DNA from: a virus
DNA: 64,000 bases
IMG/VR virus record: IMGVR_UViG_3300045988_123906
Strand: one strand, 5' to 3'
Part shown: piece by piece, positions 32,997 to 40,879 of the stretch
Numbering within the stretch: position 1 is the stretch's first letter
Layout of the letters: the number at the start of each line of letters is the position of its first letter
Notes under the pieces: generated by a model
Seen by the model: the letters and a program-made list of their open reading frames with translations, nothing else
What the model was told of the DNA's origin: nothing
The model's database searches: none
Program-made: the position numbers and the translations under genes

Positions 32997-33599
32997 ATGT
33001 TGAAGCTGTCAGTGTCGAACGCAAACAGCAAGATGGGGAGTATCAAGTCGATCTCGATGCCCCGTATCAAAACCTGTGCTCCAGGCGTTCCGTGCGCAAA
33101 AACGTGCTATGTCAGTCACTTCGACTGGCGAACCACGGTACGAAACGCCTATGACAACAATTTGAATCTGTGGTTAACAGACCCTGACGGCTTTGAAGTC
33201 CAAGCGACTGCAGCTGCTTATGGGTCTTTTTATTTTCGGTGGCATGTCAGTGGAGATATCGTAGATGAACGATATTTCGATATGATGTGTCGCATCGCAA
33301 CTAAACTCCCTCGCACCCAGTTTCTCGCATTCACCAAGAAATACGATCTGGTTAACACATTTGTGAAAGCTGGCGGTACGATTCCCAGAAATTTACATAT
33401 TCTCTTTTCATCCTGGCCTGACTATAATGTAAATAACCCCTATAATCTTCCAGTTGCTTATGTGGCATTTAAAGATGGATATTGTGAAGCGCCAGCAGAT
33501 GCATATGAGTGCTCTGGCCATTGTGAGGATTGTGCTTACGCTGGTAAAAACTGCTGGGTTATGGGGCGAGGCCAGTCCATTGTTTTAAAAGAGCATTAA
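32997..33599 (+). CDS. GP88-like phage protein (Cys-rich N-terminus)
   Basis: SNANSKMGSIKSISMPRIKTCAPGVPCAKTCY resembles the mycobacteriophage Gp88 family as I recall it. Function unknown. Confidence 0.45.
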   Translation: MLKLSVSNANSKMGSIKSISMPRIKTCAPGVPCAKTCYVSHFDWRTTVRNAYDNNLNLWLTDPDGFEVQATAAAYGSFYFRWHVSGDIVDERYFDMMCRIATKLPRTQFLAFTKKYDLVNTFVKAGGTIPRNLHILFSSWPDYNVNNPYNLPVAYVAFKDGYCEAPADAYECSGHCEDCAYAGKNCWVMGRGQSIVLKEH

Positions 33600-33645
33600 G
33601 GATTTTATAGACCCCTATTATAATAATGTAGGAAGGATGATATAA

Positions 33646-34275
33646 ATGGCGTATGTTCTTACCAACGGACACACCTATATCACAAAAAAGCCGAATGGCA
33701 AATTCACAACAACATACGATTCAAGCCTGGCGTCGCAGTATGATGCAGAAAGCAAAGCCTGGAACGTATTAAATTGTCTGCCGCGTACATATAAAGAAGC
33801 CGGGTATCTCCCAAAGAAAATCGAAGTCAAGGAAGCATCGGCACAGTTAAAAGAGCTTACCGCTCCCGCACAGCCAGAACGAAAGCGGTTCGATCCTGTA
33901 TCTTATCCCATCGAAGATTCAGAGTGGATGACTGATTTTAAAAAGAGTCTCAAAATTGTCGATAAAACTCTCAGCAGCTTAAAGCCGATGTATGCAAACC
34001 TCTATTCTGATCTGACTCGGGCAACAGATGAGATTGATGATCTGGAGCACGCCATTGAGCTTGTCAAGGCAAATGCAGTTCAGCGCTGCTTTCTGGAGAA
34101 CGAACTAAAGAAGGCGCGTAAGATCCGCCGCGAGTGCAAGGATGCGATGAGCCTGATCGAAATGGTGCTGAAGTTCAATCTGGATGACTGGGGAACAGGC
34201 AAGGTACAGTCTGAAATCGTTCGTCTGGAAACTCGGTGTTATACACCGAAAGTCCGCGATGATATTTTTGTTTAA
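33646..34275 (+). CDS. hypothetical protein (209 aa)
   Basis: aaggatgatataaATG RBS context. No motif recognised. Confidence 0.6.
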   Translation: MAYVLTNGHTYITKKPNGKFTTTYDSSLASQYDAESKAWNVLNCLPRTYKEAGYLPKKIEVKEASAQLKELTAPAQPERKRFDPVSYPIEDSEWMTDFKKSLKIVDKTLSSLKPMYANLYSDLTRATDEIDDLEHAIELVKANAVQRCFLENELKKARKIRRECKDAMSLIEMVLKFNLDDWGTGKVQSEIVRLETRCYTPKVRDDIFV

Positions 34276-34288
34276 GGAGTGATTTATT

Positions 34289-34684
34289 ATGAGTGGAGCA
34301 GTATCGTTTGTTTTAGGTCTACTGGGGCTGGGAGCGTCTGGCGCGGTCAGTGCTGGGCAGAGTATGAGCCGAAAGAAAGCTGATTATGAATTTGGTGAAG
34401 CACATGGTTATCATGGAACACCAGATGTCCTTCAGATGCGAGATCGTGTCCGCAAAGAGTGGTGGAGTATGTGTGGTGACGTATATAATGCCTGTGGTAA
34501 GCCTGCGAGTGAGTACGGAAATCCATACAAAACCCCATATTGTTATTGTAAGAAGCGCTGGTTTATTGCCCATCTGAACGAAAAAGGCATTCCGTATGAT
34601 GATGTTGTCGTGAACGATGTGACAGGAGTCACATTTTATGAGCGGCAGAATCAGCGGTCGAGGGAGTGGATGAGAAAGTTATGA
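34289..34684 (+). CDS. hypothetical protein with N-terminal TM/signal segment (131 aa)
   Basis: MSGAVSFVLGLLGLGASGAVSAG hydrophobic N-terminus. aaggag RBS upstream. Confidence 0.55.
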   Translation: MSGAVSFVLGLLGLGASGAVSAGQSMSRKKADYEFGEAHGYHGTPDVLQMRDRVRKEWWSMCGDVYNACGKPASEYGNPYKTPYCYCKKRWFIAHLNEKGIPYDDVVVNDVTGVTFYERQNQRSREWMRKL

Positions 34685-34902
34685 AAGTTTATGACGCTTT
34701 GAAGTCAGTTTTAGCAGCTGTAGAAAAAAATCATTCAAAATTAAGAGCAGAACCTGATTCCGATGGTGTATCCCATGACAAATGGGAAGAAGAGGAAGAG
34801 GCATTAACTGACTTAGAGGAAAATTTGGAAGAAGCAATTGAACAATATGAAAGTGCGATGGAAGTGAGACGAAGTCTGCGCACAATGGTTCTAAACAATT
34901 AA
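34681..34902 (+). CDS. hypothetical acidic coiled-coil protein (73 aa)
   Basis: ATGA overlap with the previous gene; in frame with tracked ORF 34666-34902. Confidence 0.5.
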   Translation: MKVYDALKSVLAAVEKNHSKLRAEPDSDGVSHDKWEEEEEALTDLEENLEEAIEQYESAMEVRRSLRTMVLNN

Positions 34903-35007
34903 AAGTTGTTATTTTGGGTTGAAATGCGCCATGTTTTGTGGTAAAATAACAACCGAACTGAATTTGGTTAGAAAAGCAGGACATCTTTTAGTTGTTTGGA
35001 GGGCAAA

Positions 35008-35331
35008 ATGCGGATCACATATACTGCCCAGGAAATGTACGAACATATCCGATCATATGACATCATCGAGTTCTGGGGCAGCCGGAACGAAGAAAATGTC
35101 TGTATGATCAAAGCCAAGTCATCTTGCGTTGTACTGAGAAAAGGCAAGCGATACAGCTACATCAGTATCGAACGCCAGTTTGATCCCAGGTCAGACATCC
35201 TTTGTTGCTGCTGCAACATTACAGGCAACGTGTTTTCTTGTGAAGTTGAGAGGGGGAAAAAGTCGGAGCGCCTTATTATTACATCAGATTGCACAGAGGA
35301 GCCAATCACACTTTTTTTAAAAAATCTCTAA
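35008..35331 (+). CDS. hypothetical protein (107 aa)
   Basis: ggaggg tract before ATG 35008. No motif recognised. Confidence 0.55.
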   Translation: MRITYTAQEMYEHIRSYDIIEFWGSRNEENVCMIKAKSSCVVLRKGKRYSYISIERQFDPRSDILCCCCNITGNVFSCEVERGKKSERLIITSDCTEEPITLFLKNL

Positions 35332-35338
35332 ATTGGTA

Positions 35339-35367
35339 TTGTAAAGTGTGAATGAATATGGTATAAT
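35339..35367 (+). promoter_or_regulatory. sigma-70/sigma-A-type promoter with extended -10
   Basis: -35 TTGTAA (35339-35344), 17-nt spacer, then TGgTATAAT (35359-35367), 44 nt before the toxin-gene ATG. Overlaps an inverted copy of the CACACTTTACA motif. Confidence 0.6.
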
Positions 35368-35410
35368 AAGGACACAAAGTAAAACAGATGGTCAGCAAGG
35401 AGGTCATAAT

Positions 35411-35826
35411 ATGTTTAAGGCTGGCTCAAGTGTCCCCAAAATCGGTGAGATTCGTCTCGGTTATGTCGCAGATGTTAAGCAGGAAGGAAAACTGTTCATA
35501 AATATTATGGCGTTCATCCTTATCTGATCGTCAGCAACAACATCTACAACAAAAATTCTGGCCAGTGTGAGGTGATTCCTTTCACCACAAAACGCTGGAA
35601 CAGCCGCAACCCGGTCCATGTTGATTTTGGTGTAGGTGAAGTCGATGGCTTACCGCATGAATCCACTCTTGTGATCGAAGGCCGCGATACGCTGTTAAAC
35701 TCTCAGCTGAGCGAACCAATCGGAACGTTCTCTGATAAGAACTGGCAGCGCGCAGCGAACGCCATGGTGATCCAGTGTCCGATGCTTGCGGCGGCATTCA
35801 GTACAAATCTGGTCTCTGCATCATAA
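35411..35826 (+). pseudogene. MazF/PemK-family toxin gene interrupted by a frame change (-1 on AAAA at 35488-35491)
   Basis: Frame 1 gives MFKAGSSVPKIGEIRLGYVADVKQEGK and stops at 35525. The -1 frame continues TVHKYYGVHPYLIVSNNIYNKNSGQCEVIPFTTKRWNSRNPVHV..., the PemK/MazF core pattern. RBS is aaggagg. No antitoxin ORF upstream. Confidence 0.65.
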
Positions 35827-35841
35827 AATCTACGATTCTGT

Positions 35842-35870
35842 TTGCAAAATCTTCTTACATAGTGTACAAT
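35842..35870 (+). promoter_or_regulatory. sigma-70-like promoter
   Basis: TTGCAA (35842-35847), 17-nt spacer, TACAAT (35865-35870), 50 nt upstream of the 35920 start. Confidence 0.45.
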
Positions 35871-35919
35871 GAATCTAATAGTTCATATACCGACCCACTG
35901 TGTAAGGAGATATCAAACG

Positions 35920-37017
35920 ATGAGACAGAGTGCGGAATATTATAATGAAGAGCTCAAGACCAGATTTATTCTGGATAAAATGTGCGAAAAAGATTCCAAC
36001 GGAGATCCAGCTAAGGATTCCGCTGGCGAATATATCATTCTTGCTAAGAGTAAGAACAGGTATAACAAGGTTCGCAGCATTTTTCATAAGCTTGCCGCGT
36101 TCGAACAGAAGTATGAGAAAGACTTTTATGAGATCGAGTCTGACAAAGACGAAGAATTTATAAATGATCTGTTCTCAAGGTGGATTTCCGAACTGAATGA
36201 AAACTACAGCATCTTTGTGTTGTCTATTTTCAAGCAGTATATTATGTGGTGCAGAGATGAGGGTTTGCTCTCAACGCAGCGGTACTATCAGCATCCGTTC
36301 TTTGACATGGAAATGTCCGGATGGAAAAAGAAAGACACCAGTTCCACCTTCCGCTCTGAGCGTGTAAAGAACCAGCTGGAAGCCATTGCAAACAAGAGTA
36401 CCGATGAATTGGCTGAAAACTATGTGTTTCCATCAGAAGATGATTTCTTCACCTACGTCGTTTCTGTGTTCTCGGAAGAAGGGACGATTATGACAGGCGC
36501 AATCATGTGTCTGCTGTATTATGGATTCCAGTCCGAAGAGATTCGCGTCATCAAAAGAAAAGACGTTGATGTAGACACGAGAACCGTCTGCGGGAAATAT
36601 ATCGATCACGATATCGCATGGTCGATCATCTGTAAAGCCAAAAACACGACCACCTATCTCAAAAACCACGCAAGGGGGCAACTTGGGAAGTTAGAAATGA
36701 ATCTTGGCGATGGCCCATATCTTATTCGTACAAGCAGAGAGAGTTCCAATGATAACCCTGTGCCAATTGGATACTTCAAAGACCTGTATCGAAGGGAAAA
36801 GAAAATTGTTGAGGGACTTCCGCCAACATCTAACTATAAAAACATCCTTGTTAAAACAAGCACCATCAAAAACCTGCGCGAATTCTATGAGATCATGTCG
36901 GAAGAGCATGAGTATGGTATCGAATATGTCGCTGAAAAATTCAGACAGAACCAATATGATACGCCGCTCACATTCCGAAAGTATCAAATAATGCGCGAGA
37001 AAGCAAGAAAATTATAA
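35920..37017 (+). CDS. hypothetical protein (365 aa); weak resemblance to a recombinase core-binding region only
   Basis: aaggag RBS before ATG 35920. GFQSEEIRVIKRKDVDVDTRTV resembles the Arg-I region of tyrosine recombinases, but I see no HxxR or catalytic Tyr. Confidence 0.5.
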   Translation: MRQSAEYYNEELKTRFILDKMCEKDSNGDPAKDSAGEYIILAKSKNRYNKVRSIFHKLAAFEQKYEKDFYEIESDKDEEFINDLFSRWISELNENYSIFVLSIFKQYIMWCRDEGLLSTQRYYQHPFFDMEMSGWKKKDTSSTFRSERVKNQLEAIANKSTDELAENYVFPSEDDFFTYVVSVFSEEGTIMTGAIMCLLYYGFQSEEIRVIKRKDVDVDTRTVCGKYIDHDIAWSIICKAKNTTTYLKNHARGQLGKLEMNLGDGPYLIRTSRESSNDNPVPIGYFKDLYRREKKIVEGLPPTSNYKNILVKTSTIKNLREFYEIMSEEHEYGIEYVAEKFRQNQYDTPLTFRKYQIMREKARKL

Positions 37018-37023
37018 AAATGA

Positions 37024-37050
37024 AGGGGCCTGACCAGCCCCTGAATTTTT
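37024..37050 (+). terminator. rho-independent terminator
   Basis: AGGGGC-ctgacca-GCCCCT followed by gaaTTTTT, 7 nt after the 37017 stop. Confidence 0.6.
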
Positions 37051-37059
37051 CCTTTACCA

Positions 37060-37078
37060 TTCACACTTTACACTGTCA
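37060..37078 (+). promoter_or_regulatory. CACACTTTACA motif copy 4
   Basis: TTCACACTTTACACTGTCA directly after the terminator, about 26 nt before the 37104 start. Confidence 0.4.
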
Positions 37079-37103
37079 TTATGATGAATAGGAGGTGATT
37101 GAA

Positions 37104-37634
37104 ATGAGAAAGACGATTGCAGCCATTATTGTAACCGGCGTTTATCTGCTGACAAATCTACTCGGCGTGGAAGCAGCTGGTCCGGTCGAGACATACCAGG
37201 GCTGGAGCGATGAACTAAAGTCGTATACGCAGTCTGTATGTGACGAATACAATGTCGATTATTCGTTGGCGCTCGGTGTGATCTATAACGAAAGCAGGTT
37301 CCAAAGTGGCCTGACTCACGTGAATTCAAACGGCACAGTTGATTACGGTCTGATGCAGGTCAACGAGGTCAACTTCGATTATCTCAACAAGACGCTTGGC
37401 GTTCGATCCATGTCTGAACTGCTGGATGATAAAACGGGCATCAGATGTGGTGTTCAGCTGCTGGCGTATCATAAGCAGTACACTGGCAACGATTCGGCGG
37501 CGCTTCTTCGCTACCAGATCGGGGCAGGGAAGTACAAACAGTACCTGAGGAAAGGTCGGTACACAAACCAGACGCATCAACAGGTGCTTACATATCAGAG
37601 CGAACTCGCTTCTTATATGGATTCCTTACAGTAG
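37104..37634 (+). CDS. lytic transglycosylase (SLT domain) with N-terminal signal/TM segment
   Basis: MRKTIAAIIVTGVYLLTNLLGVEA signal-like segment, catalytic context VIYNESRF, and DYGLMQVN. The only CDS in the window ending in TAG (37632-37634). Confidence 0.8.
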   Translation: MRKTIAAIIVTGVYLLTNLLGVEAAGPVETYQGWSDELKSYTQSVCDEYNVDYSLALGVIYNESRFQSGLTHVNSNGTVDYGLMQVNEVNFDYLNKTLGVRSMSELLDDKTGIRCGVQLLAYHKQYTGNDSAALLRYQIGAGKYKQYLRKGRYTNQTHQQVLTYQSELASYMDSLQ

Positions 37635-37704
37635 GAAAAAGATCAGGCGGCAGAAAAACGTCTGTTTGATCTGATCAATCGGTGGAGTGAATCCACCTTT
37701 ATAT

Positions 37705-37779
37705 GCTGGAGTGGCGCAATGGTAGCGCAGGAAATTTGTAATTTTCAGGTTGCAGGTTCAAGCCCTGTCTCCAGCACCA
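37705..37779 (+). tRNA. tRNA-Thr (anticodon TGT)
   Basis: GCTGGAG/CTCCAGC acceptor, anticodon arm GGAAA-TTTGTAA-TTTTC, T arm GCAGG-TTCAAGC-CCTGT, encoded CCA. Confidence 0.8.
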
Positions 37780-37832
37780 TTAGAACAGCGGGCAACCGCA
37801 TCAAAGATTATGTATTACAAAGGAGAATAATT

Positions 37833-38474
37833 ATGACTACTGAAACTATGACAATTCATCGCGCACTGGCCGAGCTGAAGGTTTTGGACGATCGTATCAT
37901 GAAGCTGCTGAGCGAGGCCAAGTTTTGTGGTGCCGCTAAGAATTGTATGCAGAAGCTGGGCGGTGTAACTATTGAAGAGTACAAGCAGAATGCCCAGTCT
38001 ACTTATGATAAGATCACTGATTTGATGGCTCGTCAGGCAGCGATTAAGCGGGCGGTGTCCGAGTCCAATGCGGTTACTCATGCTGTTGTATGTGGACATG
38101 ATTATACTGTTGCGCAGCTTATTTGGATGAACCAGCACGGCATTGATTTCAAGAGTACTTTGCTCAATGTTCTGGAGCGTCAGTATGCAAGCGCAGTTGC
38201 TGCTACTGAGGCTGCAAACTCCAAGCTGAGTGATAAGGCAGATGATTTTATCAGCAGAAACAACGCTGGCGCAGACAAGAACAGTATGGATGCGGAAGCT
38301 ATTAAGGATATGCGAGAGAGCTACATTGAGCGTGAAACCATGCAGCTGGTCGACGGTATCAACATCAAGAAGGTCAAGGAAGAACTGGCTGATGAGATCA
38401 ATAAGTTCAAGGCTGAGGTTGACGCGGTTCTGTCTACTTCTAACGCCATGACTGAGATCACAATCGAATACTGA
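37833..38474 (+). CDS. hypothetical coiled-coil protein, probably abundant (213 aa)
   Basis: aaaggag RBS before ATG 37833, downstream of the tRNA. AAG-biased codon use. No motif recognised. The tracked ORF 37719-38474 runs through the tRNA. Confidence 0.6.
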   Translation: MTTETMTIHRALAELKVLDDRIMKLLSEAKFCGAAKNCMQKLGGVTIEEYKQNAQSTYDKITDLMARQAAIKRAVSESNAVTHAVVCGHDYTVAQLIWMNQHGIDFKSTLLNVLERQYASAVAATEAANSKLSDKADDFISRNNAGADKNSMDAEAIKDMRESYIERETMQLVDGINIKKVKEELADEINKFKAEVDAVLSTSNAMTEITIEY

Positions 38475-38659
38475 TATTTAATCAGCGAAGCATATTCACT
38501 GTCTATCGAAAACGACAAACTGTAATCGTTCGTTCTTTGCTGATGGTAGCCTGCTTGAACGAAATCAAATAATAAAAAAGCTAATAACCATTCATATAAA
38601 AGCTGGCCTCATAAGCCGACAAGATGAAATCAAGTAAAATATTTGGTAATACTTGAATT

Positions 38660-38730
38660 TTTGGATTTGTCAAGAGGTTAAGACGCAAGCCTATAAGCTT
38701 GAAACGATGGTTCGAATCCATTATCCAAAA
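38660..38730 (+). tRNA. tRNA-like gene with abnormal 6-nt (or 8-nt) anticodon loop; no encoded CCA
   Basis: Acceptor TTTGGAT/ATCCAAA (7 bp), T arm GATGG-TTCGAAT-CCATT, anticodon stem CAAGC/GCTTG enclosing CTATAA (38691-38696). Confidence 0.4.
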
Positions 38731-39005
38731 AAATCGAATCAAGAGAAGGAGTTGTCCCAAGGGCCAACACGTAGTTGATTCAAATGTCTTGGAAAGGTTA
38801 ACGGTTATTGATTTAAAGGTTAAAGGTTGAAAGTTCAAAGCTTAAACTTCTAGCTAAAGATTAAACAGTAATGAATACAGGTCAAAGGTTTATAAAATCC
38901 ATGGGCACAGGTTTGTGGATCGATTACATAAGTCCCGTTGTTTACCACATGGCTGGTAGATGGTGAGCGCCTTGGCAGGGGCGTAACAATACCTGCCGTT
39001 TATAT

Positions 39006-39079
39006 GGTTCGGTAGCTCAGAAGGATAGAGCACTAGCCTGTCACGCTAGGGGTCGTGGGTTCAATCCCCATCCGAATCG
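39006..39079 (+). tRNA. tRNA-Asp (anticodon GTC)
   Basis: Anticodon arm CTAGC-CTGTCAC-GCTAG, T arm GTGGG-TTCAATC-CCCAT, G73. No encoded CCA. Confidence 0.85.
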
Positions 39080-39084
39080 CTTAT

Positions 39085-39158
39085 GGTCCTATAGTTCAGT
39101 TGGTTAGAACGAGAGACTGTTAATCTCTATGTCACCTGTTCGAGTCAGGTTAGGACCT
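39085..39158 (+). tRNA. tRNA-Asn (anticodon GTT)
   Basis: Anticodon arm AGAGA-CTGTTAA-TCTCT, T arm ACCTG-TTCGAGT-CAGGT. No encoded CCA. Confidence 0.85.
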
Positions 39159-39164
39159 CTTCGT

Positions 39165-39240
39165 GGTTCTGTAGCTCAGTCGGTAGAGCAGGGGACTGAA
39201 AATCCCTGTGTCGCTGGTTCGATTCCAGCCGGGACCACCA
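39165..39240 (+). tRNA. tRNA-Phe (anticodon GAA)
   Basis: Anticodon arm GGGGA-CTGAAAA-TCCCT, T arm GCTGG-TTCGATT-CCAGC, A73, encoded CCA. Confidence 0.9.
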
Positions 39241-39701
39241 ATGTGCAAGTTGATTTGATAATTGAGTTTGGTCGAAATCCTCCATAAAAAGGTTGTCCGC
39301 CAAGGTCGAAAAATCAACATGAATTCTCACCAAAATGATGTTATCAATGAAATTTGTAATAGGATTAGCGAGGCAGTCACACTCCTGATCAGGGGCCGAT
39401 GTAGCAAGCTTGGTCAAACTGCGTGCCCTGACGATGATAAGATCCGCATTCCAGGCGCAACTGTGCGTGAGTCTCACCAACCCGAAAACAGTGAGAGGTG
39501 AAGGAATAACACTGAAAAACCTTATGTAGCGCGGCTATAACCCGGAAGAGGCTTGACCCAAAAGGATGATCGAGTTTGAGAACCGCAGTGGATAAGCATA
39601 TCGCCAATAGTGCTCTGAAGAGTAACGGTAAATGCCGGACGCCTGACCCGTTAAAGCCAGGACGAGGATCACAGGTGACATCCCTCTGTGATCTATATTA
39701 T

Positions 39702-39777
39702 GCGATCGTAGCTCAATTGGTAGAGCACTTGACTTTTAATCAAGGGGTAGCGGGATCGTAACCCACCGATCGCACCA
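39702..39777 (+). tRNA. tRNA-Lys (anticodon TTT), T arm atypical
   Basis: Anticodon arm CTTGA-CTTTTAA-TCAAG and canonical D arm. The T loop ATCGTAA and one T-stem mismatch are unusual. Encoded CCA. Confidence 0.7.
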
Positions 39778-39932
39778 CGCGGACCACGCAGTAAGTAGTT
39801 TTCGAGTTACAACTATTGTAGCCAGTGTTCTTTGGATACGATTGTATTGTTAGTAGTTCTGCGGAAGGAACAAAAACATAAACAGATGACTGCTGGAAAT
39901 ACAACATACATTTTGATTTTGAGGGTTCAAAA

Positions 39933-40724
39933 ATGAAAGAAAGAGTCTGTGGTATTTATAAAATCGAAAATAAAATAACGCATCAGGTATATATAGGGCA
40001 ATCAAGATATATAGCACGTAGATAGAGAGACCATCGTGTGAAAAGTCAAAGAAAAGACAATGAGTGGTTTCACAGTAGACTTTATACTGCTATGTATGGC
40101 CACCTTGACGATTTTGATTTTTCGATAATTGAAGAATGCGATCAATCAAAATTAAATGAAAGAGAAATATATTGGATTGACTATTATAAAAGTACAGAGC
40201 CGATATACGGATACAATATTCTAATCGGCGGGGATGTAAGTGAACATAATAGAATATTAGGGCAAAATCAATTAAATGAAATAGCCAATCTTTTAGCGAC
40301 AACAGATCTTACTCAAACAGAGATTGCAAATAGATTTGGAGTAGGGCAGCGAACAGTAAGTAGTGTGAATACGGGATATTACAATCTTGACAAAAAGTAT
40401 ATTTTCCCGATCCGTGATAAAAAACATGTGACTGGGAAAATAAAAGAGCGAGTTGAACAAAAGAAAGCTAGGTTAAATGGACGGGATAAGGGTATGACCG
40501 GAATATGTTGCGATTGCGGCGGTCCATGTTCTGCTAAAGCAAAACTTTGTCGCTCATGCATGGACAAAACCCGTATTTCAAAACGCCCTGATAAAGATAC
40601 TTTATTAGGGCTAACTAAAACAATGACTGTTAGTGAAATAAGTCGCGAATTCAATGTTTCTAGTACTACGGTAAAAAAATGGTGCTCACATTATGGAATT
40701 ATACCAGAAAGAAAATACAAGTGA
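39933..40724 (+). CDS. GIY-YIG homing endonuclease (I-TevI-like) with in-frame TAG at 40023-40025
   Basis: MKERVCGIYKIENKITHQVYIGQSRYIARR*RDH..., then EREIYWIDYY and YGYNILIGG. C-terminal zinc finger (CCDCGGPCS..CRSC) and an HTH-like end. The tracked ORF 40038-40724 is only the post-TAG part. Confidence 0.7.
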
Positions 40725-40752
40725 TATTAACATGATTTAATAAAGAGTTTAT

Positions 40753-40828
40753 GCGCCTGTATCTTAATTGGTAAAGAAATGGGCTCTAAACCCAGGGTAT
40801 CCGTGTTCGAATCATGGCAGGCGTGCCA
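40753..40828 (+). tRNA. suppressor tRNA, anticodon CTA (reads UAG)
   Basis: Acceptor GCGCCTG/CAGGCGT (G1-U72), D arm TCTT-AATTGGTA-AAGA, anticodon arm (A)TGGG-CTCTAAA-CCCA(G) with U33 and A37, T arm CCGTG-TTCGAAT-CATGG, G73, encoded CCA. Anticodon at 40786-40788. Confidence 0.75.
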
Positions 40829-40879
40829 AACAAATTACATAACAGTATCCCTTATTTTATAGAAAGGAGATCGAACATT

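Noticed and set aside
35920-37017. This 365-aa protein could be a second integrase.
   Set aside because: Only a short stretch resembles the Arg-I region of tyrosine recombinases. I could not find the HxxR box or a catalytic Tyr context, so I left it as hypothetical.
37104-38474. The frame stays open from the transglycosylase TAG (37632) into the tracked ORF 37719-38474, suggesting a read-through fusion.
   Set aside because: The open stretch runs straight through a well-formed tRNA-Thr gene (37705-37779) and a hairpin after the stop. The downstream gene has its own strong RBS and ATG at 37833. I treat the open frame as coincidental.
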